Below are positions 7,999-18,591 of a stretch of 64,000 bases of DNA, in pieces. The notes beneath the pieces were generated by a model. That model was not told the DNA's origin, searched no databases, and saw only the letters and a list, made by a program, of their open reading frames with translations. Positions within the stretch are counted from its first letter, which is position 1, and each line of letters starts with the position of its first letter. Source of the stretch: an uncultured Bdellovibrionales bacterium (GTDB lineage Bacteria > Patescibacteriota > Minisyncoccia > Moranbacterales > GWC2-37-73); assembly GCA_964609855.1 (NCBI GenBank), contig CAZSTB010000001.1:119170-183169 (forward strand). Reading direction: 5' to 3'. Position numbers and translations under genes: made by a program.

Positions 7999-9199
7999 AT
8001 TTAATAAAAAATTTAAAATAAAAGTTGCTATGAAAAAATGGAAGATTTTTGCCATCGTTGCATTATTAGGAGTCGTGATATATTACTGGTATAGTCAGAA
8101 AAATGATATTGCTAAGGCCATTCAATATAAAACAACTGTTGCGGAAAAGAGCAGTTTGACGACTTCAGTTTCTGCGAGCGGAAATGTCGTGGTTGACCAA
8201 TTGGCAACTGTTGATCCTACAATCACGGGAACAGTTGCAGATTTGGCGGTAAATGTTGGAGAAAATGTAAAAAGGGGGGCTCGGCTCTTTACTATTATCA
8301 ATGACGATCTTTCAGTAAGTAACAACAAATCAGTAGCATCTTTGCAGCAAGCTGAAAATTCAGTAGCCTCGGCGAAGCTTCAGGTGAAGCAGGCAAAAGA
8401 AGATTATGACCAGGCTAAAGATAATGACCAAAGCAGTTCCGACCAACGAAGGATACTTAAGGATAAAATTGCAATTGCTGAAAGAGGCGTACTTGCGGCA
8501 GAAAAAAATTATGCAGCCTCTTTGGCGGACTACAAAAACCAACTTTCAGATGGCGCCAAAAGAACTGTCACCGCACCAATTGATGGAACAGTCAGTGCGA
8601 TCAATATAAAAAACGGAGATGATCTGAGCCGTCTTGCATCGAGTAGTAGCTCCAATAGTGCTCCGATTATTATCGGAGATTTGAAAACTTTGAAAGCGCA
8701 GGTGGCGGTCAATGAAGTCGATATTTCTGATGTGGAAATAGGACAGAAAGTTATGTTAACTTTCAGCGCCATCGACGGACTTTCTCTGACAGGAAAAGTT
8801 GAAAAGATGGACGCGCTCGGAACGCTTTCGCAAGGAGTTGTGACATATAATGTGACAGTGGGTTTTGATGAGATTGACTCCCGAATAAAACCGCAGATGA
8901 GTGTTTCTGCTAAAATCATTACCGAGGTGAAGCAAAATATTGTGGTCGTGCCTAACGGCGCACTTAAAACCCAAGGTAATGCTATATATATTGAAGTTTT
9001 AAATATCCAAAAGCAGCCAGAGAAGCGAACCATAGAAATCGGCGCTGCCAATAATACGGAAACCGAAATAGTCAGTGGCATCGATATTGGAGATGCTGTG
9101 ATTACGCAGACCATTGATCCCAATATTAAGACAACTACTGCTTCCAGCGGCTCTAGTAGTGGTGTTAGAATTCCAGGGCTGGGCGGAGGAGTAAGATAA
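7991..9199 (+). CDS. Periplasmic adaptor subunit (HlyD/MacA-type membrane-fusion protein)
   Basis: N-terminal TM, coiled-coil hairpin region, beta-barrel/lipoyl segments. Placed upstream of the MacB-like ATPase and permease. Confidence 0.8.
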   Translation: MNRFNKKFKIKVAMKKWKIFAIVALLGVVIYYWYSQKNDIAKAIQYKTTVAEKSSLTTSVSASGNVVVDQLATVDPTITGTVADLAVNVGENVKRGARLFTIINDDLSVSNNKSVASLQQAENSVASAKLQVKQAKEDYDQAKDNDQSSSDQRRILKDKIAIAERGVLAAEKNYAASLADYKNQLSDGAKRTVTAPIDGTVSAINIKNGDDLSRLASSSSSNSAPIIIGDLKTLKAQVAVNEVDISDVEIGQKVMLTFSAIDGLSLTGKVEKMDALGTLSQGVVTYNVTVGFDEIDSRIKPQMSVSAKIITEVKQNIVVVPNGALKTQGNAIYIEVLNIQKQPEKRTIEIGAANNTETEIVSGIDIGDAVITQTIDPNIKTTTASSGSSSGVRIPGLGGGVR

Positions 9200-9269
9200 T
9201 TTCAATAATATAGCATATACAAAAGACAAACTAAACTTATTGTTTTTTTTGAATATTGACTATTGAATA

Positions 9270-9965
9270 TTGACAATGATTGAATGCAAAAATATAACTA
9301 AAATTTATCGAAGCGGAGACGTGGAAACGGTGGCGCTCAAGGACATATCTTTTTCAATTGAGAAAGGTGAGTTTGTCGCAATTATCGGACCTTCAGGATC
9401 TGGAAAATCGACGCTGATGCATATTTTGGGCGCTCTCGATACGCCGACTTCAGGAACTTATTTGCTGGATGGATTGAAAGTGTCATCGCTCGATGACGAT
9501 AAGTTGTCACAACTCAGAAGAGATAAAATCGGTTTCGTCTTTCAGTCTTTCAATCTCTTGCCACGGACTACGGTGATGAGAAATGTCATGTTGCCACTTC
9601 TGTATAGTGACACGACATTAAAGGAGAGAGAAGCGCGCGCCAGGTTATGTTTGAAATATGCGGGCATGGAAGAGAATAAATTTTTTAATCTTTCCAATCA
9701 GCTTTCTGGTGGGCAGATGCAACGTGTGGCTATTGCTCGTTCGCTAATAAATAATCCTGCGATCATTTTGGCTGATGAACCGACTGGAAATTTGGACACT
9801 AAAACTAGCAACATCGTCATGGAAGCCTTTCAAGAATTGAATAAAAAAGGTCACACCATTATATTAATCACACATGAACCGGAAATCGCCGCATTTGCGG
9901 ACCGGATTATCACAATTCGTGATGGATTGATTGAGAGCGATAAAATAATGAAAGATAAATCGTAA
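9270..9965 (+). CDS. ABC transporter ATP-binding protein (MacB/LolD type)
   Basis: GPSGSGKST Walker [16 protein letters not shown] signature, [11 protein letters not shown] Walker B. Confidence 0.9.
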   Translation: MTMIECKNITKIYRSGDVETVALKDISFSIEKGEFVAIIGPSGSGKSTLMHILGALDTPTSGTYLLDGLKVSSLDDDKLSQLRRDKIGFVFQSFNLLPRTTVMRNVMLPLLYSDTTLKEREARARLCLKYAGMEENKFFNLSNQLSGGQMQRVAIARSLINNPAIILADEPTGNLDTKTSNIVMEAFQELNKKGHTIILITHEPEIAAFADRIITIRDGLIESDKIMKDKS

Positions 9966-9976
9966 AAGTTAGAAAT

Positions 9977-11194
9977 ATGATCTTAGATGATTTATTGAAA
10001 GAAACCTTTTGGTCTCTTTCTGCAAACAAAGTTCGCAGCGGACTTACTATTTTGGGAATCGTTATCGGAATTGCTTCCGTGATTACAATGGTTTCTATCG
10101 GACAAGGCGCTCAAAATTCCATTCAAAGTAGTATTCAGGCAATCGGGTCAAACCTTATTATTATCAGACCAGGGGCTCAGCGAAGCGGCGGAGTGAGTGG
10201 CGGGAGCGGAAGCGGGGAAACACTTACAGTTGAAGATGCAAATGCTATCAAAAATGTCGTTGAAAATGTTGTCGCAGTTGCTCCTGAGGATTCAAAACGT
10301 GCTCAAGTTACTGCCAAGGGTACAAACACAAACACTCAAATAGTTGGGACAGTAGCTGATTACGCGATTGTGCGGAGTATCGCAATGGAGTCAGGAATTT
10401 TTATCACTGAACAGGCGGTTAAGGGATTTTCCAAAGTTGCAGTACTGGGCTCAACGACGCGAAATGATTTGTTTGGAATAAATTCTGATCCAGTCGGCAA
10501 GATTATTCGCATTAAAAATGTAGATTTCGAGGTTATTGGAGTTACTGTTGCTAAGGGTGGCAGTGGTTTTACAAATCCTGATGACAGCATCTACATCCCA
10601 ATTTCCAGCTCGCAGCATTTTATTACTGGAAATACTTTCGTGTCTTCAATCAGCGCCGCGGCATCAGATCAAGGTTCAATGACTGCGGTGCAGGAAAGTA
10701 TTTCACAGCTGCTCTTGTCGCGCCATGGTTTTTCGGATCCTAAGCAAGCAGATTTCAATCTCATGAATCAAGCCGACATAATCGCCACAGCCTCAAGCAT
10801 CACGGGGACGTTTACGATTTTACTCTCCTCAATTGCTGGAATTTCACTACTGGTCGGAGGCATCGGAATCATGAATATGATGTTGACTACAGTGACGGAG
10901 CGAACCAGGGAGATTGGCTTGAGAAAAGCTGTGGGTATCAGGAAGATTTATATTAATTTGCAATTTTTATCCGAAGCAGTGGCACTGACGTTTCTTGGAG
11001 GACTGATAGGTGTTCTACTTGGATGGGGCGCTTCGCTGGCCGTGGCTAAATTTGCAAATATGGCGACTCAAATTTCATCCTCTTCGATCCTTTTGGCTTT
11101 CGGTGTGTCTGCTGGAGTCGGAATCATCTTCGGATTCTATCCTGCGCGCCGTGCTGCAAATTTAAGTCCCATGGAGGCGTTAAGATATGAGTAA
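9977..11194 (+). CDS. ABC transporter permease (FtsX/MacB family)
   Basis: MacB-like topology: N-terminal TM, large periplasmic domain, C-terminal 3-TM FtsX domain (GIGIMNMMLTTVTERTREIGLRKAVG). Confidence 0.85.
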   Translation: MILDDLLKETFWSLSANKVRSGLTILGIVIGIASVITMVSIGQGAQNSIQSSIQAIGSNLIIIRPGAQRSGGVSGGSGSGETLTVEDANAIKNVVENVVAVAPEDSKRAQVTAKGTNTNTQIVGTVADYAIVRSIAMESGIFITEQAVKGFSKVAVLGSTTRNDLFGINSDPVGKIIRIKNVDFEVIGVTVAKGGSGFTNPDDSIYIPISSSQHFITGNTFVSSISAAASDQGSMTAVQESISQLLLSRHGFSDPKQADFNLMNQADIIATASSITGTFTILLSSIAGISLLVGGIGIMNMMLTTVTERTREIGLRKAVGIRKIYINLQFLSEAVALTFLGGLIGVLLGWGASLAVAKFANMATQISSSSILLAFGVSAGVGIIFGFYPARRAANLSPMEALRYE

Positions 11195-11290
11195 ATAATT
11201 TCTAAGGTATATAAATTTCGTAAAATTATAAGGTTAAGCGGTGACTTTACGAAAATAATAATAATTTAAAATTTTAAAATTAAAAACATT

Positions 11291-11752
11291 ATGCAAAAGA
11301 GAAATATCGCAATCGGAGTAATTGTTTCATTGGTGCTTGTCGGTTTAAGTTTTTACGGCGGCATGCGATATCAAAATGCTAAGGATGGAAAATTGCAGAT
11401 TGTACCATCTGATAAATATTCCGGTAGCGACATTGGTGGGGGCGCCAATGTGAGGCAACGCATGTCAGGAAGTCAAAGTGGGCAAAGAACTTCGGGGATG
11501 CGACCTGGCGGAAATGGGGAAGATTTTGTCGGTGGGGAGATAATTTCAAAAGATGAAAATGGAATGACTTTGAAAGCTAAAGATGGTAGCTCAAAAATAA
11601 TTTTTTTCACTTCCTCTACAACTATTGATAAATCCGTAAATGTGCAAAGTGCGGAGCTGGAAATTGGCCAGCAGATTTCTGCCAATGGGAAAATTAGTCC
11701 CGATGGAAGTATGACAGCTCAAAATATTATAATCAGACCAAATTTAAAATAA
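11291..11752 (+). CDS. Membrane-anchored protein with a Gly-rich linker and a C-terminal beta-rich domain (paralog family A)
   Basis: See 7507..7998. Last gene of the ECF/MacAB cluster. Confidence 0.5.
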   Translation: MQKRNIAIGVIVSLVLVGLSFYGGMRYQNAKDGKLQIVPSDKYSGSDIGGGANVRQRMSGSQSGQRTSGMRPGGNGEDFVGGEIISKDENGMTLKAKDGSSKIIFFTSSTTIDKSVNVQSAELEIGQQISANGKISPDGSMTAQNIIIRPNLK

Positions 11753-11892
11753 GGTTTAGCTTGTTATATTATATTTCTGTATTCATTGTCGTATCTGACT
11801 GAAGTGGGAGAGAAGGCATTGTGTGTAGACGTTTGAAGTGAGGGCAGTTTAAGTTTGTGCGGCTTGTCGAGTAGTGAACATGCATAGTTAAG

Positions 11893-11927
11893 AAAAAGAC
11901 CCTTGAGGGTCTTTTTACTTAAGGGAA
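11893..11927 (+). terminator. Rho-independent terminator
   Basis: aaaaagacccttgagggtctttttact. Confidence 0.55.
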
Positions 11928-11991
11928 TTTTTATTTTTTTAAGTAGTATTATAGTTAGTTGTAAGTTAAGCTATTAAAATTTGAAAAAAAT

Positions 11992-12249
11992 ATGTACGGT
12001 TATGATTATCCGAATATGTGCGGAGTAATTGGAGGATTCGGCTTTGGGTGGATCTTTATGCTAATCTTTTGGGGCATAATTATTTGGGCAATTGTCGCGC
12101 TGGTGCAATATGCCACAGGCAGCGATTCGCATTGGAGTAAAAAAGAAAAAGAAGATGAGGCCGTGAGAATTTTAAAGGAGCGATATGCGCGCGGTGAGAT
12201 AAATAAGGAAGAATACGAAGAGCGCAAGAGCTTGCTTGACAGACGATAA
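11992..12249 (+). CDS. SHOCT-domain membrane protein
   Basis: TM helix followed by ILKERYARGEINKEEYEERK, the short C-terminal SHOCT motif. Confidence 0.7.
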   Translation: MYGYDYPNMCGVIGGFGFGWIFMLIFWGIIIWAIVALVQYATGSDSHWSKKEKEDEAVRILKERYARGEINKEEYEERKSLLDRR

Positions 12250-12275
12250 CTCCAAGATATTGGCAGTATAATATT

Positions 12276-12659
12276 ATGCAATGTGGTTTAAAGAAAAAAA
12301 GTAAGCTCACTTTTGCTGAGACTATATCCGTTGTAAAGAAAAGGTTGGCGGAAGAAGGTTTTCAGATAATTACGGAAAATAATGTGCGAGCAATCTTGAA
12401 AGATACGCTCGATATTGAATTTGAAAGTTACGTGCTGCTGGGAATTTTTAATCCATCACTTTCACACAGGGTTTTGCTCTCTCAAAAAGATGCGGGCGTA
12501 TTTTTGCCGCTGCAAATTGCTATTTATGAAGAATTCGGACATATTTGGATTTGCAGTGAATCTGCCAATGACTCCATGGGCGCTGCAACTAATCCATTAT
12601 TAGCGCAAATTGCCGGAGAGATGGATATTTTAATCGGGCGAGCGATAAATCGCATTTAG
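12276..12659 (+). CDS. DUF302 domain protein
   Basis: Length and conserved pattern (GFQI...NP...LPLQIAIYEE) fit DUF302. Confidence 0.6.
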   Translation: MQCGLKKKSKLTFAETISVVKKRLAEEGFQIITENNVRAILKDTLDIEFESYVLLGIFNPSLSHRVLLSQKDAGVFLPLQIAIYEEFGHIWICSESANDSMGAATNPLLAQIAGEMDILIGRAINRI

Positions 12660-12708
12660 TTTTGTGTTCCCGAAAGATATGCTAGATTATATATAGTCAT
12701 AACGAGAC

Positions 12709-12888
12709 ATGAAAAATATGGTTCCAAAATGGTTTATGTGGTTTTTGATATTAATAGGTTCTGCGGCGGGAGCTTATGCGCCAATGATTTGGGGTGTTGG
12801 TGGGTTCTCTTTTTCTTCGGTTATTTTTTCAGGGATAGGTGGATTTTTAGGCATTTGGATAGCGCTAAAGATAGGCAACTCCTTGTAA
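12709..12888 (+). CDS. Small hydrophobic membrane protein (59 aa), below the ORF-track cutoff
   Basis: Hand translation: MKNMVPKWFMWFLILIGSAAGAYAPMIWGVGGFSFSSVIFSGIGGFLGIWIALKIGNSL. Two predicted TM helices with Gly-zipper-like GxxxG motifs. Confidence 0.3.
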   Translation: MKNMVPKWFMWFLILIGSAAGAYAPMIWGVGGFSFSSVIFSGIGGFLGIWIALKIGNSL

Positions 12889-12904
12889 GGTAGTTATCAC
12901 AAAA

Positions 12905-14113
12905 ATGAAAAAACAAGCACTTCTTCAAAATGCACCCTTAGCTGATCGCATGCGACCTCAAACTCTTGAGGAATTTTTCGGTCAGGAGGAATTAGTCGGG
13001 GAGGGATCATTTTTAAGGAGTGCGATTGAAAATGACCGCGTGCCGTCGATGATTCTTTGGGGTCCTCCCGGTAGCGGTAAAACAACTTTAGCATCAATCA
13101 TCGCAGGAGAAACAAAATCAGAATTTATCCAAATCAGCGCAGTAACCAGTGGAATAAAAGAACTTCGAAAGGTTATTGCTCAGGCTCAGGAAAATGAATG
13201 GCAGAAAAAGAAGACAATTTTATTTGTAGACGAAATCCACCGCTGGAATAAATCCCAGCAGGATGCACTTTTACCTCATGTGGAACACGGTTTGGTGACT
13301 TTGATCGGAGCAACTACCGAGAATCCGAGCTTCGAAGTCAACAGCGCGCTTGTTTCGCGGACGCGCGTACTGGTTTTGAAAAAACTTGAAAGTGAAAATA
13401 TTGCAAAAATAATTACGCATGCTCTAAATGACAAGGAAAAAGGTTTGGGAAAAATGCAGATTGAAATTGAGGAGGAGATGATCAAGGAAATTTCTCTGCT
13501 TGCCAATGGAGATGCGCGCATGGCGCTCAATACTGTGGAGCTTGCAGCAAATCAGAGCAAAAAAATCACTCGCGAAGTCATCAAGCAAGTTATTCAGAAA
13601 TCCCATCTCTATTACGACAAAGGCGGGGAAGAACATTACAATATTATTTCAGCGCTGCATAAATCAATGCGCGGCGGGGACGAAAACGCAGCACTTTATT
13701 GGTTGGCCCGCATGCTTGAAGGTGGAGAGCAACCGACCTATATTGCAAGAAGACTACTGCGATTTGCATCAGAAGATGTCGGGATGGCTGACAGCTTCGC
13801 TTTGGTTTTAGCTAATAACGTGTTTGATGCTTGTCATAAAATCGGATATCCGGAATGCAGCGTCCATCTCGCTCAGCTCGTGGTCTATCTTTCGAAAGCT
13901 CCAAAAAGTGTGAAAACATATTTTGCTTACAATAAGGCCAAGAAAGATGTGGAGGAATATGGCAATCTCCCTGTTCCGATGCACATCAGAAATGCCCCAA
14001 CTAAATTAATGGAAAAATTAGGCTATGGTAAGGGTTATAAATATACGCCCGTTGAAGACAGTGGGGGGCAGGAATATTTGCCAAAGGAAATAAAGAATAG
14101 AAAATATTTGTGA
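12905..14113 (+). CDS. rarA: Replication-associated recombination protein A (RarA/MgsA AAA+ ATPase)
   Basis: ILWGPPGSGKTTLA Walker A, LFVDEIHRWNKSQQDALLPHVE Walker B/sensor region, C-terminal MgsA domain. Confidence 0.9.
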   Translation: MKKQALLQNAPLADRMRPQTLEEFFGQEELVGEGSFLRSAIENDRVPSMILWGPPGSGKTTLASIIAGETKSEFIQISAVTSGIKELRKVIAQAQENEWQKKKTILFVDEIHRWNKSQQDALLPHVEHGLVTLIGATTENPSFEVNSALVSRTRVLVLKKLESENIAKIITHALNDKEKGLGKMQIEIEEEMIKEISLLANGDARMALNTVELAANQSKKITREVIKQVIQKSHLYYDKGGEEHYNIISALHKSMRGGDENAALYWLARMLEGGEQPTYIARRLLRFASEDVGMADSFALVLANNVFDACHKIGYPECSVHLAQLVVYLSKAPKSVKTYFAYNKAKKDVEEYGNLPVPMHIRNAPTKLMEKLGYGKGYKYTPVEDSGGQEYLPKEIKNRKYL

Positions 14114-14126
14114 TATTAATAACACC

Positions 14127-14558
14127 ATGAAAAGAAACTCAATAAGATTTTTTCAGTTCATTATCGTGCTTATCGGAGTTGGAGCACTTTTCTTTCTGCT
14201 TTGGGAACCACAGATAGAAGGGAGAAACACGTATGCCACACAGTTCGAAATATATTTCAAAGATCCTTTCTTGGCTTATGTGTATTTTGCATCCATTCCG
14301 TTTTTTATCTTGCTTTTTCAAGCATTCAAGGTTTTGGGAGGCGGTGGAAAAAGTTCGCAAGATGCGGTGAATGCTTTGCGGAGGATAAAATACTGTGCAA
14401 TATCTATGATCGGTTTCGTCGCAATAGGAGAAGTGTTCATTATGCTTAATAATAGCGACGATCGAGCAGGCGGAGTTTTCATGGGCATTCTCGTCACTTT
14501 ATTTTCGATTGTAATAGCTGTTACCGCGGAGATGTTCGAAAAAAAATATCGCAAATAA
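14127..14558 (+). CDS. Hypothetical integral membrane protein (4 TM)
   Basis: Hydrophobic helices throughout; no motif recognised. Confidence 0.45.
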   Translation: MKRNSIRFFQFIIVLIGVGALFFLLWEPQIEGRNTYATQFEIYFKDPFLAYVYFASIPFFILLFQAFKVLGGGGKSSQDAVNALRRIKYCAISMIGFVAIGEVFIMLNNSDDRAGGVFMGILVTLFSIVIAVTAEMFEKKYRK

Positions 14559-14566
14559 GCTACTGC

Positions 14567-15013
14567 TCATTTACCGTTAAGCTTTACCATCATCAAGCTT
14601 GCTAAAATTGTGAGTAATGTTCCAAAACCAGCAACTGCCATTATCAAAATCACTGGCCAGGCAAGGGTTGTGGTGAAATATGCAAAACCCACAAATAGCG
14701 CAACCCATGCTCCGGTGCACCATGGACAATCCAAGAGATCATGCATGGATAATTTCAGACCACCGGTGGCTCCAGCGAATTGATCTCTTACGAAATCCAA
14801 AACCAGATCGTGCACCAAAAGTCTGGTTATCCTAAATGTTGCCAAGGTCAGCATGAAAAAATCAAACGTCGGAATGGAATGTGGAATCTTTCCATTGAAG
14901 CTGAGCGCCGTTAGCATCAGTAAAAAGATTGCTCCGTAAATAAGAGAAGTTATGAAATGCCAGAAATGCTGGTCTTTTTTGTTGCGCTCGTCCATAATTG
15001 TAATCGTTATCAT
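14567..15013 (-). CDS. DUF1360-like membrane protein (CPWC motif)
   Basis: DLLDCPWCTGAWVALFV motif inside a multi-TM protein. Confidence 0.5.
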   Translation of the reverse strand: MITITIMDERNKKDQHFWHFITSLIYGAIFLLMLTALSFNGKIPHSIPTFDFFMLTLATFRITRLLVHDLVLDFVRDQFAGATGGLKLSMHDLLDCPWCTGAWVALFVGFAYFTTTLAWPVILIMAVAGFGTLLTILASLMMVKLNGK

Positions 15014-15057
15014 TTAAGAGTAATACGTAGCAAGCGAAAAATAAATTCCAACAATAT

Positions 15058-15083
15058 TAAACCCCATTTTGCAGATGGGGTTT
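15058..15083 (-). terminator. Rho-independent terminator downstream of the RND pump gene
   Basis: aaaccccattttgcagatggggttt hairpin between convergently ordered minus-strand genes. Confidence 0.45.
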
Positions 15084-15131
15084 AATTAATTTCAACCTAA
15101 TTCCTAATTCCTAAATCCTGATGCCTAAAAA

Positions 15132-18100
15132 TTAGAACCTTTCGTTTTCATCTATAAATGTCATATATAAGGTGGGAACAATGAAGAGGGTGAAAAAGGA
15201 TGAAATGGAAAGACCGAAAATGACCGCGCTTCCCAGGGCTGTCCAGGTTTCATTGGAAAGTGTAATCGGAATGATGCCGGCAATTGTCACAATAGAAGTG
15301 ATAAAAATAGCTTCGAGTCTGGATTTTCCAGCGTCGATGATAGCTTCATTGAAAAGAATGCCAGTTTTGATATTGAGATTTATTTTGTCGATCAGGATGA
15401 TAGCATTTTTAACCACGATTCCAAAGAGAGCAAGGATTCCTATGAGCCCTGGGAAGCTCAAAGTTACCCCCAGAAGAGCCATTCCTAGGAAAACACCAAT
15501 AAGGGCCAGTGGCAAAGTTACGAGCACTATGATGGCTTTTTTGAACGAATTGAACTGTATCACAAGCGTTGAAATAATCAGGAGTGCTGCAATAGCCATG
15601 GCTCTGATAATAGAGAGAACTGACTCGGCATTCTGTTCATTTTCACCTCCAAAACTGATGACATATCCTTCAGGTAAAGAATAATTCTTGTGCATTTGGT
15701 CTTGGAATTTTTTGACAACTTCATTTGAATTAGTCGTACCGCTTACATCTGCTGTCAAAAGAACCGTCCTTTTCTGATCGATTCTGGAAATGGAATCGAC
15801 CGCAGGCGTGAGCTTGATTTGCGCCACATCCTTGATGAAAACAGGTTGCTTTTTATTATTAAGTATCTGAAGATTGGCGATGGCATCAAGCGTTGGAATG
15901 TTGTCACTTCCGAAGCGTGCCAGTACATCGATATCTTTGTTGTCGCGAATGACTGTGGTCACTGTAGTTCCAGAAATTGCAGTGCGCAAAATTGAGCCGA
16001 CTGCAGTTGCATTAAGATCATACATTTCCATTTTAAAATTATCCAAGGCAAATGTATATTCAGCTGGAGCATCTTTGAGGGAAATGTCGGAATTGATTGT
16101 GCCTTCAACTGCATCAATGATCGGTTTGAGATCGTTAGCGATCTTGTCCAAGGTCTGTAGATTTTCGCCGCTTATCTGAGCTTGAAAGGCGCTGCCTGAT
16201 GGCGGTCCTCCGCGGGGAGCGGAAACTGTAATAGTTGCATCTTGAATGTCAGAAAGTGCGCTTCTTATTTCATTTGCGATGTCGTAAGCTTTGACGGAGC
16301 GATTTTCAGTGGCTGTAAGCTTGATCGTGATAGCGGCAGTATTTGATTTGTTTGCGCCACCTCCGCCCATGCCTCCATTCGAGCCTGCATTACCGACGAT
16401 AGTTGAAAAGTTTTCTATATTTTCAATTTTCAGTAATCTGTTTTCAATTTCATTTGTGATTTTGTCGGTCTTATCCAAACTTAGTCCGACAGGACCGCGC
16501 AAGCTCACATAGAGCACATCTCCATCAGCAGCAGGGAAAAATTCCGACTTCACTACGCCAGTTATCGGCAGCGCAACTGCAAAAAGGAAGAGTGCGAGCG
16601 TTGAAAAAAGTGTAACCAGTCTTCTTTTTTTGGTACTCGTTGTCATTCTTAAATATTTTTCATAGACAGGTAGAATCTGATCAAAATGAATAATTCCGTG
16701 AATGAGCTTGCTAGCCAGTGTCGCGTCCTTTCGGTTTCCTTGAACAAGCAATTTTTGTTTGATAAGTTCATCGCTGTCCCATTCCTTTTCAGCTAAAGTG
16801 AAATTAGATTCCAACGTTATTTTGCCATTTGTGAAATACCAGAAAATCATCCAAGTAGTTATGGCGAAAGAAAAAGCTGCAAAAATATAACCGAGCGTTG
16901 AGTGTGCGGTTACTGATGATAAGCCTACCAGAAGAGTGGAGAATAGAATAAGCCAAAAGAATTTTTTGGTAAGTCTGATTCTTTCAAGCACAGCAGCCAG
17001 TGGATGATTGATCATTAAGGCGATTAACAGTGATGATACCAGTGTGACGGAAACAGTGATGGGAATTGATTTAATGAATTGTCCCATCATGCCCGAAGCC
17101 ATTAAGAGTGGCAAGAATGCCCAGACCGTTGCGAACGTTGTGGAAACTAAAACTACTTTGAAATCATTAAGCACAAGTAACACTGCTTCTTCCGGCGTAT
17201 ATTTCCCAGTTTTCATATACTGCTTGGTGGCGCTAACCACCACGATCGCGTCATCAACCAAAAGTCCAAGTGAAAGAAGTAGTGCAAAAATTGAAAGAAA
17301 ATTTAGCGACGTTCCCGTGGCCTGCATTACTCCAAACGTCACAAAGAAAACCAGGGGGATTGCAATTCCGGCCACGAAAGCTTCTTTTAGTCCGACGATT
17401 AAAAATAATATTCCAACCACCAAAATCAATGTCAACATGAAATCATGCGTCAATTGATCGAAATCTTTTCTAATTCTATCTGCTTGATTTACAGTGTCGT
17501 CATAGGCGATACCAGCTGGGAAAGTTTTGATCATCTCATCCATTTTCAGGTGAGCGCTGTCGACGCTGTCGATAATCGAGCCGCCTGTTCTCTTGACGAT
17601 TTGTAGGGTCACTGCGTTTTCTGGTGCATTTCCCGCAATAGAGAGACGGGAGTATAGAGTTTTTTCAATTGATTTTTCCTGCACTGCAGCAATATCTTTC
17701 AAAAAAACAACAGCACCTTGTTCGCTGTGAGTAATGGGAATTTCGCCTAATGTTTTGGCGTCGTAAAATCTTCCATCAGTTCTCACTGGGTAATTGAATT
17801 CACTCCCCTTGAAATTGCCGGCAGGAATTGCACGGTTGGCGAGTGCGATTGCGCTATTTGCTTGATCTGCTGAAATATTGAAAAGTGTTAATTTTTGCGG
17901 GTCATAAGCTACTTCGAATTCACTTTGGTCTCCTCCTGAAATATTCACCTCGCGAATTCCGGGAATTTTTTCAAGCTCATCTTGCATTTTTTCGGCATAC
18001 GTCCTCAATGTAAAACCATCATAGGGACCGACCAGTGCAAAGGTCACGATCGGCGTATCATCCAAAGAAATTTCGCGCACCTCGGGTTCATTTGCATCAG

Positions 18101-18542
18101 CTGGCAGATCTTGTTTGATGGCTGGCAGCTTGTCTCGCAATTTTCTTACGGAATCTTCGACATCCTGATCGGCTTCAAATTCAACGACGACTGTCGAAAA
18201 AGAGTTGGCAGAAGTAGAGGTTAATTTTTTGATACCAGTTATGCCGGAAACATTGGTCTCAATTTTTTTGGTCACCAATTCTTCCACATCAGAAGGAGAA
18301 GCGCCCGGATAAGCTGCGCTCACAATGGCTGTAGGAATTTTTACTTCAGGATTAGATTCAAGTGGGAGTTGTAGGAAAGAGTATATGCCCCAGCCTGAAA
18401 TTAAAATGATGAGCAGAACTACTACTCTAAAGTTTGAGACGAAAAAATTCAGCCAAGTATTTCTTAGTTCAGGTCTGAATTCAAGTTTTTCCAAATATGC
18501 GCCGTCACTCGAGGTGGCATGATTATTATTTTGAGTTTCCAT
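15132..18542 (-). CDS. RND superfamily efflux transporter permease (AcrB/HAE-type, 12 TM, two large periplasmic loops)
   Basis: 1136 aa with duplicated TM bundles and periplasmic domains. Sits with an adaptor and a MarR regulator. Confidence 0.85.
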   Translation of the reverse strand: METQNNNHATSSDGAYLEKLEFRPELRNTWLNFFVSNFRVVVLLIILISGWGIYSFLQLPLESNPEVKIPTAIVSAAYPGASPSDVEELVTKKIETNVSGITGIKKLTSTSANSFSTVVVEFEADQDVEDSVRKLRDKLPAIKQDLPADANEPEVREISLDDTPIVTFALVGPYDGFTLRTYAEKMQDELEKIPGIREVNISGGDQSEFEVAYDPQKLTLFNISADQANSAIALANRAIPAGNFKGSEFNYPVRTDGRFYDAKTLGEIPITHSEQGAVVFLKDIAAVQEKSIEKTLYSRLSIAGNAPENAVTLQIVKRTGGSIIDSVDSAHLKMDEMIKTFPAGIAYDDTVNQADRIRKDFDQLTHDFMLTLILVVGILFLIVGLKEAFVAGIAIPLVFFVTFGVMQATGTSLNFLSIFALLLSLGLLVDDAIVVVSATKQYMKTGKYTPEEAVLLVLNDFKVVLVSTTFATVWAFLPLLMASGMMGQFIKSIPITVSVTLVSSLLIALMINHPLAAVLERIRLTKKFFWLILFSTLLVGLSSVTAHSTLGYIFAAFSFAITTWMIFWYFTNGKITLESNFTLAEKEWDSDELIKQKLLVQGNRKDATLASKLIHGIIHFDQILPVYEKYLRMTTSTKKRRLVTLFSTLALFLFAVALPITGVVKSEFFPAADGDVLYVSLRGPVGLSLDKTDKITNEIENRLLKIENIENFSTIVGNAGSNGGMGGGGANKSNTAAITIKLTATENRSVKAYDIANEIRSALSDIQDATITVSAPRGGPPSGSAFQAQISGENLQTLDKIANDLKPIIDAVEGTINSDISLKDAPAEYTFALDNFKMEMYDLNATAVGSILRTAISGTTVTTVIRDNKDIDVLARFGSDNIPTLDAIANLQILNNKKQPVFIKDVAQIKLTPAVDSISRIDQKRTVLLTADVSGTTNSNEVVKKFQDQMHKNYSLPEGYVISFGGENEQNAESVLSIIRAMAIAALLIISTLVIQFNSFKKAIIVLVTLPLALIGVFLGMALLGVTLSFPGLIGILALFGIVVKNAIILIDKINLNIKTGILFNEAIIDAGKSRLEAIFITSIVTIAGIIPITLSNETWTALGSAVIFGLSISSFFTLFIVPTLYMTFIDENERF

Positions 18543-18591
18543 AAAGGTATCTTTAGTTATTCAGCTTGAGTTATCAGTAAGCTTTTGAAAA

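Noticed and set aside
8530-9123. 197 aa minus-strand ORF inside the HlyD adaptor gene
   Set aside because: It is antisense to a well-supported gene. Its Cys/Ser-rich composition is typical of reverse-frame artefacts.
15172-18522. Multiple plus-strand ORFs (15172, 15874, 17008, 17982, 18325 etc.) inside the RND pump gene
   Set aside because: All are antisense to a 1136 aa contiguous RND permease ORF with recognisable topology.
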